Shown in pieces: positions 13,385 through 22,647 of a DNA stretch of 64,000 bases. Location: NCBI GenBank assembly GCA_965262915.1, contig OZ253564.1, forward strand, positions 2,080,001-2,144,000, read 5' to 3'. Position numbers and translations under genes: made by a program. Position 1 is the first letter of the stretch; each line of letters starts with the position of its first letter. The notes under the pieces are model-generated. The model was not told the DNA's origin, made no database searches, and worked only from the letters and a program-made list of their open reading frames with translations. This DNA is from Candidatus Spongiisociaceae bacterium (GTDB taxonomy: Bacteria > Actinomycetota > Acidimicrobiia > Spongiisociales > Spongiisociaceae).

Positions 13385-13580
13385 GGTCCACCACTTCTGC
13401 CGGTTTGTCTGGGAGGGTGGTGGTTGAGCTGGCCGGCCGGTGAGTACTGGTGGCACCCGGAAGGCTGATTCCTAGTGTCAGATCGTACCCCGGCCGGTTC
13501 GTGAGGGCCGCTTGTAGCGCTCATGGGGTGGCGTGCCACAGAGCACTGATCCATTAGGTCGCCGCCAGGCGTTCTCTACA
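13385..13580 (+). ncRNA. Predicted IS110 bridge RNA
   Basis: 5' hairpin; target loop with TGGCACC (13451-13457) and GTGTCAG (13475-13481); donor loop with TGGGGTGGC (13524-13532) and CCATTAG (13551-13557). RNA ends are approximate. Confidence 0.8.
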
Positions 13581-13617
13581 GCTCGGCAAGGATCGATCCC
13601 CGTTGAAGGAGGAAGGG

Positions 13618-14839
13618 ATGATATTTGTGGGTAACGACTGGGCTGAGGGCCACCATGATGTGTATCTGCTGGACGAGGGTGGGACCCGGCTGGGGTTCGC
13701 CCGTCTCCCGGAAGGCCTGGCGGGTGTGGCCCGGTTCCACCAGATGGTCGCCGAGCACGCATCGGATGCGGCTGAGGTAGTGGTAGGCATCGAGACCGAT
13801 CGTGGTCTGTGGGTGGGTGCGCTGGTCGCGGCGGGCTATGTGGTGTATGCGATCAACCCTAGGGCTGTGTCCCGCTACCGGGACCGTCACAGCCTGGGCG
13901 GAGCTAAATCAGACCGCGGTGATGCCAAGGTGTTAGCTGATCTGGTACGCACCGACCGTCACAACCACCGTCCCGTGGCCGGTGACAGCCCCGAATCGGA
14001 AGGTATCAAGATCGTGGCCAGAACCCATCAGAACCTGATCTGGGCTCGGACTCGTCACACCAACCAGGTCCGCAACGCTCTGCGCGAGTACTATCCCGCA
14101 GCGCTGGAAACGTTCGCTGACCTGGCCCATTCCGACGCTGTGGCCGTACTGGGTCGGGCACCCACCCCCAGCATGGGCGCTCGCCTGACGTTGCCCCAGA
14201 TCCGAGCTGCGCTCAAAAGGGGCGGACGGCGACGCAACCTCGATCCGGTCGCCCGCCGTATCCAAGCGGGCCTCCGAGCTGCTCACCTCGCCGCACCGGG
14301 GCCGGTTGAGGACGCCTTCGGAGCGACTGTCGGGGCACTGGTGAGCATCATTGGGGAGGCCAACCGCCAGATCAGCCAACTCGAAGCAACCCTCCAGACC
14401 CGTTTTGAGCAGCACCCGGACGCCGTCATCTACCACTCCCAGCCAGGACTCGGTACTGTGCTCGGCGCCCGGGCGCTCGGTGAGTTCGGGGACGACCCCC
14501 ACCGTTACACCAGCGCCAAGTCTCGCAGGAACTACGCCGGAACGTCGCCCATCACCGTGGCGTCGGGCCGCAAACGTGCTGTCCTGGCCCGCCACGTCCG
14601 AAAAGCGGCGTCTCTACGACGCCTTGGACCAATGGGCGTTCTGTTCCCTAACCCCAAGCCCAGGAGCCCGAGCCTTCTACGACCAGAAACGAGCAGCCGG
14701 CGACCTCCACCACCAAGCACTCCGAGCCCTAGCCAACCGACTCGTCGGCATCCTCCACGGCTGCCTCAAACACCAAACCCCCCACAACGAACACACCGCC
14801 TGGGCACACCGAACCACCATCGACCGAGCCGCAGCTTGA
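13618..14839 (+). pseudogene. IS110 DEDD recombinase with a +1 frameshift at AAAA 14601-14604
   Basis: FVGNDWAEGHHD, GIET, KSDRGDA, YAGTSPITVASG; C-terminus RRLYDALDQWAF...RALANRLVGILH is in another frame. Confidence 0.85.
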
Positions 14840-14934
14840 CATTTACGCGCCTGGGGTGTCTGACACCTGACCACTGGCTACGCTGGCGGCATGCCCGACT
14901 TGACCGGTCCCCGCCCGCCCCCGGGTCGCGGGCG

Positions 14935-15693
14935 ATGTTGATCGTCAGTGACGTGCATGCCGCGTTTGCCGAACTGGCTGCGGTCGCCGCTTCGGGGGAG
15001 CCCCTCCTAGTGCTGGGGGATCTGCTGAACTTCGTCGACTACCGGACGGGCACCGGGATCGCCGCCGATGTATACGGCCACGAGCACGCCCTCGCGTTCA
15101 TACGGAACCGCAAGACCGGCGATTGGGAAGCCAACCGCCGCCTGTGGCGACGGACGATCGCCGGCCGCGCGGACGAACTGGCGGCCCGGACGCAGGAACG
15201 GGTGTTGCAACAGTATGCCGCGGCGCGGGAGGCGCTGGACGGCGCCGATGCCTACGTGACCTTCGGCAACGTCGACTGGCCGGACGAACTGGAGTCCGGG
15301 CTTTCGGGAGCGGCCCGCTTCGTCGACGGTGAGGTGATCGAGATCGAGGGTCATCGGGTGGGTTTCGCGGGAGGGGGTGTCCCCACACCTGCTGGGGCGC
15401 GCGGCGAGGTCCCGCACGAGGTGATGGCTGCCAAGCTGGAGGCGCTCGGTGAGGTGGACATACTCTGCACCCACGTCCCGCCCTCCGTTGCGCCCCTCCA
15501 CCGGGATGTCATAACGGGCGTCCTGGAACGTTCCTCCCCGGTGGTCCTGGACTACCTGCTCACCTACCGGCCGAGGTACCACTACTTTGGAGACATCCAT
15601 CAGCCCCAGGCCCACTCCTGGAGGGTGGGTGCGACGGTGTGCCGCAACGTGGGCTACTTCCGGGCCACGGCGCGGGCGGTGAGGCATTGCTGA
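14935..15693 (+). CDS. Metallophosphoesterase (calcineurin-like)
   Basis: SDVH, GDLLN, GNVD, THVPP, GDIH motifs. Confidence 0.85.
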   Translation: MLIVSDVHAAFAELAAVAASGEPLLVLGDLLNFVDYRTGTGIAADVYGHEHALAFIRNRKTGDWEANRRLWRRTIAGRADELAARTQERVLQQYAAAREALDGADAYVTFGNVDWPDELESGLSGAARFVDGEVIEIEGHRVGFAGGGVPTPAGARGEVPHEVMAAKLEALGEVDILCTHVPPSVAPLHRDVITGVLERSSPVVLDYLLTYRPRYHYFGDIHQPQAHSWRVGATVCRNVGYFRATARAVRHC

Positions 15694-15743
15694 GGCGCCG
15701 CCGGATGTGAACGGCTGTCACACGTTGCCGCCACGATAGACCC

Positions 15744-18665
15744 ATGGCATTTCCGGGACCTGATGAACTGGGCCGCGGGGTGGTCGTGTCGCCCGGCGCC
15801 CCGTCGCCCTTCGACGCTGCGCGGGTCACGGTGGATGCCGCCCTCCTCGCGGACGAGGAGCGCTTGGAAGAGACCGTCGAGCGCCTGCACCGGGCCTGGG
15901 TCGCCAGGGAGCGGGTGGTCGTGGAGTTGGATGTCGACCAGGGGGAACTGCGCCGGCCGGTAAGCGACCAATCCCCGCCCTGGCGCCTGGGCCCCGCCTT
16001 CACCTTCCTGCGGGAGCGGCTCCACTTCCTGGTGTGGGCCAACAACTGGGACCTGCGGAGCGGCCTCCCGGTCTGGTGGTGGGCCCGCAAGGCCGCCGCC
16101 TTGGGGGCGGATGTCGGCGGCGAGGCCGATGTCGTTCTGCCCGACGGGACCGCGGTCTGGGTGGACGGCGGGCCCCGCGCCCCGTTCGGTCTCCCGGTGG
16201 TCCACGCCGAGTCGGTGGAGTCGGGCCGCCTGGCGCCGGCTCGAGCCACGGTTCCGGCCGGCGAGGAACTGGCCCCGGATCAGATGGCCGCGGTAGGGCA
16301 CGGAGGGGGCCCGGCCCGGATCATCGCTCCGGCCGGATCGGGCAAGACCCGAACCCTAAACGCCCGCCTGGCCCACCTGGTCGACCGGCGGGGAATCGAG
16401 CCCTGGCTGGTCACCGCGGTGGCCTACAACAACCGCGCTGCGGCCGAGATGCGAACCCGCCTCGGAAGAACGGATCTCCATATCCGCACCATCCATTCCC
16501 TCGGCTGGCGGATACTCCGCGATGTGCGGCCCGGCGCCGAACTCCTCGACGACCGGCGGGTGCGGGCACGCCTGGGCAGGCTGATCCCGAGGAGGCCGAG
16601 GCTCAACACCGACATCATCGGTCCCTACATCGAGGCGTTGGCGGACGTACGCATCGCCCTGCGCCCCCCGGTGGAGGTCGAGGAGGACCGGGACGATGTC
16701 CCCGACCTCGCCCGGGTCCTCACTGACTATCGCTCCGGTCTTGCCGAGCGCGACGAAGCCGACCACGACGAGCAGGTGTACGGCGCCATCGAGTTGCTCC
16801 TGGCCGATCCGGACCTCCGGCACACGTGGCAGCGGCGCTGCCGGCACCTGCTGGTGGACGAGTTCCAGGACCTGACCCCGGCCTACGTGCTCCTCCTACG
16901 ACTGCTGGCTTCCCCCGGCCTGGCGGTGTTCGGGGTGGGGGACGACGACCAGACCATCTACGGGTATGCCGGGGCGGATCCAGGCTTCCTCCTGGACTTC
17001 GACCAGTTCTTTCCCGGCGCCGCCGTCCACGCTCTCGAGGTCAACTACCGGTCCCCGAGCGAGGTGGTGGAGGCGGCCACCTCGCTCCTGGACAACAGCC
17101 GGCGACGGATACCGAAGACCATCCGTGCGGTTGGCGGACCCGACCCCGAAAGCCTCCGGATCGCTCGGTTACCCGGGTCGGCCATCACGTCGGAGGGGGT
17201 GGGGACGATCACCGCTTGGCTGTCGGAGGGGGTTTCGCCCGACGCGGTGGCAGTTCTGGCCCGGGTCAATTCGGCCTTGCTTCCGGTACTTGCCGGACTC
17301 GACGCCGCCGGGGTTCCCGTGAGCTCGCGCATATCGCCCGGCCTCCTGGACCGGACGGTGATGCGGGCCACCATGGCTTGGATACGCCTCGGTCTGAACC
17401 CCGGGGAGATGTGGCGGCAGGACCTGCTCGAGGCCGCCCGCCGCCCTTCCCGAAGGATCAACCGCCTCTCGGCCGAACTGGTGCCCCGCGAATGGCCGGT
17501 CACGCTGGATGGCCTGGCCGGCTTGGGCCGGGGTCTCGAGAGGCGTCATGCCGAGGCCTGGTCCGGTTGGATGGACGATGTCCACCGGGTGGTGGAGGCG
17601 GCGAGTACCGGCGACTCCGGCGCCGTGCTGGACCAACTCATCGATGTGGTCGGGCTAGGTGGGGCAGCCGACCTACTCGATCGCGGGCGAACCCGAGTCG
17701 ACCGGGCCGCCCACTCCGACGACCTGGTCGCCTTACGCCGGGCCGCGGCCATCTACCCGGACGTGGAGGACTTCGAAGATCGGCTTCGCACCCTCCTCGA
17801 CCGCCACACGCGGCGACCCGGTCCGGCGGGGGCCGGAGTCACCCTGTCGACCGTCCACCGGGTGAAGGGCATGGAGTGGGACCGCGTGGTGGTGTTCGGG
17901 GTGGACGACGGGCTGATGCCCCATGCCCTCTCCGAGGACATCGAAGAGGAGCGGCGCGTGCTGCACGTGGCGATAACCCGGGGCCGCCACCGGGTGCTGG
18001 TAGTAGCCGACGCCGACCGGCCGTCCCCTTTTCTCGCCGAGATGGCGGGCGAGAAGGTCCGGGTCCCGCGGTTGCCGGTGCCTGCGGTCGAGGAGGTTGC
18101 CGATCCGGCCGCCGGGCCGGTGGATGAGGACCTGCTGGAGAGGCTCAAGTCGTGGAGGCTGGAGACGGCAATGGAACGGGGGGTCCCCGCATATGTGGTG
18201 TTCTGGGACCGTACCCTCAAAGAGATCGCGGCGGCCCGACCCCGGACCGAGTGGGAGTTGTCTGATCTGTACGGCGTCGGCCCCACCAAGTTGAAGGAGT
18301 ACGGTGAGGGCCTCCTCGAGCTGGTGAGGGCCACTCCCGGCGCTGTTACCGACGTGCACGATGGGGCTTCCACTGCCCTCGGTCGTGTGGCGCCACCCGC
18401 GGAGGTCGGCGCCCCGGCCGCGCTGCCTGAGCGGCCGGTGGATGAGGACTTGTTGGAGAGACTCACGGTCTGGCGACTGGAGCGGGCTCAGAAGTCCGGT
18501 AGTCCCCCCTACATCGTCTTTCGCAACCGCACTCTCGAGGAGATCGCGGCCCACCAACCGCGTACCGAAGCCGAGTTGCTGGATCTCTACGGTGTCGGCC
18601 CGGCCAAGTTGGACGAGTACGGTGAGGAAGTCCTCGAGCTGGTCCGGGACCATACCGCTTCCTGA
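15744..18665 (+). CDS. UvrD/Rep-family helicase with two C-terminal HRDC domains (UvrD2-like)
   Basis: APAGSGKT, VDEFQD, VGDDDQ, NYRS, HRVKGMEW, EEERR; two copies of L..WR..A...P.Y.VF..RTL.EIA...GVGP.KL..YG. Confidence 0.9.
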   Translation: MAFPGPDELGRGVVVSPGAPSPFDAARVTVDAALLADEERLEETVERLHRAWVARERVVVELDVDQGELRRPVSDQSPPWRLGPAFTFLRERLHFLVWANNWDLRSGLPVWWWARKAAALGADVGGEADVVLPDGTAVWVDGGPRAPFGLPVVHAESVESGRLAPARATVPAGEELAPDQMAAVGHGGGPARIIAPAGSGKTRTLNARLAHLVDRRGIEPWLVTAVAYNNRAAAEMRTRLGRTDLHIRTIHSLGWRILRDVRPGAELLDDRRVRARLGRLIPRRPRLNTDIIGPYIEALADVRIALRPPVEVEEDRDDVPDLARVLTDYRSGLAERDEADHDEQVYGAIELLLADPDLRHTWQRRCRHLLVDEFQDLTPAYVLLLRLLASPGLAVFGVGDDDQTIYGYAGADPGFLLDFDQFFPGAAVHALEVNYRSPSEVVEAATSLLDNSRRRIPKTIRAVGGPDPESLRIARLPGSAITSEGVGTITAWLSEGVSPDAVAVLARVNSALLPVLAGLDAAGVPVSSRISPGLLDRTVMRATMAWIRLGLNPGEMWRQDLLEAARRPSRRINRLSAELVPREWPVTLDGLAGLGRGLERRHAEAWSGWMDDVHRVVEAASTGDSGAVLDQLIDVVGLGGAADLLDRGRTRVDRAAHSDDLVALRRAAAIYPDVEDFEDRLRTLLDRHTRRPGPAGAGVTLSTVHRVKGMEWDRVVVFGVDDGLMPHALSEDIEEERRVLHVAITRGRHRVLVVADADRPSPFLAEMAGEKVRVPRLPVPAVEEVADPAAGPVDEDLLERLKSWRLETAMERGVPAYVVFWDRTLKEIAAARPRTEWELSDLYGVGPTKLKEYGEGLLELVRATPGAVTDVHDGASTALGRVAPPAEVGAPAALPERPVDEDLLERLTVWRLERAQKSGSPPYIVFRNRTLEEIAAHQPRTEAELLDLYGVGPAKLDEYGEEVLELVRDHTAS

Positions 18666-18685
18666 TCACTGCCGGTGTGGCGCTC

Positions 18686-18800
18686 CTAGGAGGGCCGGTG
18701 TGACGGCCGGGGTGGGCTCGAGGCGCATCCGGTGGTGGGCGTATGGAATCGCCGCTCGGCCGGCGGGGGATGGTGCGCCCTATTGCGGACAGGCCACTAG
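18686..18800. mobile_element. Probable degenerate MITE (family 1-like right end) bounded by CTAG on both sides
   Basis: Right end TTGCGGACAGGCCA-CTAG resembles TTGCAGACAGACCA-CTGG at 29131-29148. Confidence 0.45.
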
Positions 18801-18841
18801 CCTGGGAGTGCAGGGGCCGCGACGAAACCGGGGGCAGCAGG

Positions 18842-19297
18842 GTGGCCGAGGCCACGATCCAGACCATCGAGATCGATGCTCCGCCACAGGAGTGTTTCGA
18901 GGTGGCGGCCGACTTGGCGTCCTATCCGGAGTGGGCTGTCGAGGTGCGGCGGGTCGAGATCCACGAGCGGGACATCGACGGGAGACCGGCCCGGGTCACC
19001 CTCACGATCGACGCCATGATCAGACAGGTCTCCACCACGTTCCGCTACGTCTACGATCCCCCGCGCTCCATGTCCTGGAGCGCGGAACCCGGTCCCGACA
19101 TCGAGGAACTCGAGGGGTCCTACGAGTTCAGCCCGGCCGGTGAGGGGACCTCGGTCGTCTACGCGCTGCGGGTCGTCCCTGCCTTCGACATCCCCGGCTT
19201 CCTCCGCCGCCAAGCCGAGAAACAGCTGGTGGGTACCGCGCTGCGGGGTCTCCGCAGGCGCGTCGAGGCGCAGGCCCGACCGGCGGTGGCCTCCTAG
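18842..19297 (+). CDS. SRPBCC/polyketide-cyclase family protein
   Basis: TIEIDAPP...DLASYPEW, GSYEF, LRRRVE. Confidence 0.82.
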   Translation: MAEATIQTIEIDAPPQECFEVAADLASYPEWAVEVRRVEIHERDIDGRPARVTLTIDAMIRQVSTTFRYVYDPPRSMSWSAEPGPDIEELEGSYEFSPAGEGTSVVYALRVVPAFDIPGFLRRQAEKQLVGTALRGLRRRVEAQARPAVAS

Positions 19298-20329
19298 ATG
19301 AGTAGTTCCAAGGGGTGCGGGGTGTAAATCCACTGCTTAGGGGTTGGGGGTGTCCAGAATCCGGGGTACGAATCTTCCCCGATCCGAAAGGACCTGGAAT
19401 GGGCCCGGACCTAGACACCCTTGCCACTGCATTGTACGTGACCACAGATGATCTGTTGATCTAGTATCCCGGGTGGGCACCGGAGCGTCCCGTGGTCGGG
19501 ATCGCTCCGAAGCTGTCGGATGCCGAGTTGGTCACCCTGGCGGTGATACAGGCTCTGTTGGGTTACACATCCGAGGCCCGTTTCCTGCGGTACGCCGACA
19601 CGCATCTACAGACCCTGGTTCCCCTACCTGCCCACCCGAGCGGCCTACAACAAGCGGCTGCGCCGCAGTAGCCTGATGATGCAACACATCATCAACTACC
19701 TCAGCCGGGTCTGTGCATCGTTCCACGACGATCTGTGGCTGGTCGACTCAACCCCGGTCGAGTGCGGCCGCAGCCGCGAGACCACCCGCCGCTCAGAGTT
19801 GGCGGGATGGGCAGAATACGGCTACTGCGCGTCGCATTCCCGCCACTTTTGGGGGTTGCGTCTCCACCTTTTGGCTACCGCATCGGGTCTGCCGATCCTG
19901 TGGGCGCTTGCTCCGGCCAAAGAAGACGAACGCGACATCGCCCTGGAGATGTTGGCCCGCAGCGGCCTCGCCCGCCCCGGCCAGACCATCATCGCGGACA
20001 AGGGCTATCGGCGGGCCAGCTTCCACAAAACCCTCAACGGGGCCGGTATCACCCTTATCCGTCCCGCGACCAAAACCGAGAAACCGCGACCCGGGCGGCG
20101 GTTCCTCCGCCCGTTCCGCCAGATCATCGAGTCGATCAACAACACCCTCAAAACCCAGCTTGATCTCGAACGGCACGGCGGACGTACCAAAGCCGGTGTG
20201 ATAGCACGTATCCTGCAACGTCTCCTAGCACTCACCGCCACGATCTGGCACAACCAAACCACCAACCAGCCAGGACCAGCCCGCTCCCTCATCGCCTACG
20301 ACCACTAACCACCCCTTGGAACTAACCGT
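19298..20329 (+). mobile_element. IS982-family element
   Basis: TIR core TAGTTCCAAGGGGTG at both ends; CTAG duplicated (19294-19297, 20330-20333). Confidence 0.82.
19399..20308 (+). pseudogene. IS982-family transposase with premature TAG (19462-19464) and a frameshift near 19610
   Basis: DLDTLATALYV, PKLSDAEL, LVDSTPV, IADKGY, RQIIES. Confidence 0.82.
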
Positions 20330-20382
20330 CTAGGAGGAGTCGCAGTCCGGAATCCGGCCCGGCCCGGCCCGGCCCGCCAATG

Positions 20383-20455
20383 TCCCCACCCATCTCCGGC
20401 AATCCCGTTCCGGCGCCGGGGGCGCCGGAACGGGATTGCCGGAGATGGGTGGGGA
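20383..20455. repeat. Perfect 35-bp inverted repeat with a 3-nt loop
   Basis: TCCCCACCCATCTCCGGCAATCCCGTTCCGGCGCC-GGG-reverse complement; preceded by (GGCCC)x4. Confidence 0.95.
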
Positions 20456-20523
20456 GGAGGGCTGCGACTCAGCCCTATCCACCGGTGTCCGGCCGGGCCT
20501 TCCTCCGTCCCCGGGGGTCCGGT

Positions 20524-20970
20524 TCAGGCGGACTCGATCTCGATGGTTCTCGGCAGCACATCGGGATGCTTCTCCAGGACGACCTCGAGGATCCCGTCCG
20601 AGAGCCTCGCCTCGACCTTGTCGGGGTCGAAGTGCTCGGCCACCCGGATGGAGCGGGAGAACACCCCATCGGCCAGTTCCTGGATCCGGTACGAGGCGCC
20701 TTCGGGGATGACCGGCGAGCGGGTGCCCTTGACGGTCAGCAGGTTGTCGTCGAGCGTCACTTCGAGATCCTCGAGCCGGAATCCGGCGAGTTCGTAGCGG
20801 ACGGCCAGAGCGGTGTCCGATTCGATGACATCGATCCGCGGTAGCCACGCCTGGGCGCCGAACCGGCTGTCGCGGAGCCCGAGGCGGTAGGCCGCCGGGC
20901 GCGGGAACGTCTGGAAGCTGGCTTCCACCTCGTGAGCGAGCTTGAAGGGTCTGGTACGTATTAGGTGCAT
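20524..20970 (-). CDS. Hsp20/alpha-crystallin small heat-shock protein
   Basis: PRIDVIE, ELAG, G.FSRSI, A.LSDGILEV.L.K. Confidence 0.9.
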   Translation of the reverse strand: MHLIRTRPFKLAHEVEASFQTFPRPAAYRLGLRDSRFGAQAWLPRIDVIESDTALAVRYELAGFRLEDLEVTLDDNLLTVKGTRSPVIPEGASYRIQELADGVFSRSIRVAEHFDPDKVEARLSDGILEVVLEKHPDVLPRTIEIESA

Positions 20971-21143
20971 TCTTCTTGCCTTTCCTGGATTGGCCAGCGC
21001 GATGGCTCTGTGGCATCCCCTGGCAGTGGTTCATATAATCTAAGGCACTCGGACTCATGTTTATTCCAGTTTCCTGTCGCGTAGTACGGTTCTCTCCGTG
21101 GCCCGGTTGTATCTGGTGGACATGACGGTGACAATGGTCGGCG

Positions 21144-22085
21144 ATGGCAGGCAGCGAGGATCTGACCCTCGGTATCGACCTGGGCGGCACCAAGATGGCC
21201 CTCGCCCATGTGGACTCGGCGGGCCGGATCCTCGATTTGTGGTCGATGCCCCGCCCGGCGACGGCCGAGGCCATGGACATCATGCCAGTGGAGGCGGCGC
21301 GGTCCATGTTGATCCCTCGGGTGAAGGCCATCGGTATCGGCGCGGCCGGGTTGGTGAGGGCCGACGAGGGAGTGCTGGTCTGGGGACCCAACGTCGAGGG
21401 CCATGAGGTACGGTTCAGCGAGATCTTCGAGGCGGAGTTGGGCCTGCCCACGGTGGTGGACAACGACGCCAACCTGGCCGGTCTGGCGGAGGTCCGGATC
21501 GGGTCGGCCCGCGGGTACCGGCACGTGTGCATGATCACGTTGGGAACCGGGATAGGAGGCTGCTGGGTGATAGGTGGCGAGCTGTATAGGGGACGTGCCT
21601 TCGCCGGTGAGATAGGTCACATGGCGGTGGACGTGGGCGGGCCGCGTTGCACCTGCGGCCGGCGAGGCTGCTGGGAGACGTTCGCCTCCGGTCGCCGGCT
21701 CGACGAGATGGCGCGTGACCTGGTGGCCAGGAGGCCGCACGGGCTCGTAGCCAAGATCTCCGATGGCGTCACCCCGACCGGCCGGCATCTCACCCAAGCC
21801 GCTCTGGAGGGTGATCCTGACGCGGTGGACTCGTTGACGGAGATGGCTTGGTGGCTCGGGTTGGGTATCGCCGGACTCGTGGCTGCTTTCGATCCCGAGG
21901 TGGTGGTGATCGGCGGGGGTGTGTCCCGGGCCGGGGACCTGTTCCTGAACGCGGCGCGGCAGGCCTTCGAGGAAGCGCTCGAGGGCGCCGATCATCGGGA
22001 ACCCACCCCGATAGTGGGCGCCGCCCTCGGCGAGGATGCCGGAGTGATAGGCGCCGGTCTGTACGCAAGGGAGTGTTTCCTATGA
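21144..22085 (+). CDS. ROK-family sugar kinase (glucokinase-like)
   Basis: GIDLGGTK, DNDAN, GTGIG, GEIGH, CTCGRRGCWE. Confidence 0.92.
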   Translation: MAGSEDLTLGIDLGGTKMALAHVDSAGRILDLWSMPRPATAEAMDIMPVEAARSMLIPRVKAIGIGAAGLVRADEGVLVWGPNVEGHEVRFSEIFEAELGLPTVVDNDANLAGLAEVRIGSARGYRHVCMITLGTGIGGCWVIGGELYRGRAFAGEIGHMAVDVGGPRCTCGRRGCWETFASGRRLDEMARDLVARRPHGLVAKISDGVTPTGRHLTQAALEGDPDAVDSLTEMAWWLGLGIAGLVAAFDPEVVVIGGGVSRAGDLFLNAARQAFEEALEGADHREPTPIVGAALGEDAGVIGAGLYARECFL

Positions 22086-22489
22086 CCAAGGAGTGGCTGG
22101 AGAGAGCACTGTCCGACGACGTTGTTCGCGAGCGGGTTCGGGAGCTTGCGATGCTCGTTCCCAATCTGGCCAAGCTGCTGGGCCGCCTGGCCAGGGATCC
22201 CCGCGTGCCGCTTCGGGCCAAGGTGATAGCCGGCGCGGCGGCTGCCTACGCCTTCTCACCGATCGATCTGGTTCCCGACTTCATCCCCGTTCTCGGACGG
22301 ACCGATGACATCGTGGTGCTGGCCCTCGCTCTGGACCATCTCGTCGAGGAGGCCGGAATGTCGGTGGTCAGGGAACATTGGGACGGACCCGACGAGGTGC
22401 TCTCTTTCATGGTCGATCTGGTCGGAATGTTGGCCGGCCTGGTTCCCCGACCGGTCCGGGTGGCGATCAACAGCTACCTCCGGAGGTAA
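22082..22489 (+). CDS. YkvA/DUF1232 membrane protein
   Basis: YAFSPIDLVPDFIPVLGRTDD. Confidence 0.88.
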   Translation: MTKEWLERALSDDVVRERVRELAMLVPNLAKLLGRLARDPRVPLRAKVIAGAAAAYAFSPIDLVPDFIPVLGRTDDIVVLALALDHLVEEAGMSVVREHWDGPDEVLSFMVDLVGMLAGLVPRPVRVAINSYLRR

Positions 22490-22647
22490 GCGCCGAGATG
22501 GATGTCCGGGCCGTTACCCTTCCACCGCCCTGATCGTCTCGTGGTAGCCGGCAACGTGGCCGGCTCAGGCGAGCGCATGGGCCGCCGCATCCACACGTCG
22601 CAGGCCCTGTACAGTTCCCGGATTGTCCACCAACCGGGGACTTCTGC

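Larger units (their letters stand above)
13379..14861 (+). mobile_element. IS110-family element inserted at a CT core in the CTGACAC array
   Basis: No TIR. Junctions CTGACAC-CT|AATGG and GGGGTGT-CT|GACAC; removing the element restores the tandem repeat. Confidence 0.88.

Noticed and set aside
13603-15693. 696-aa ORF as a novel transposase-phosphoesterase fusion protein
   Set aside because: The linker is the out-of-frame IS110 C-terminus and right end; a single indel explains it.
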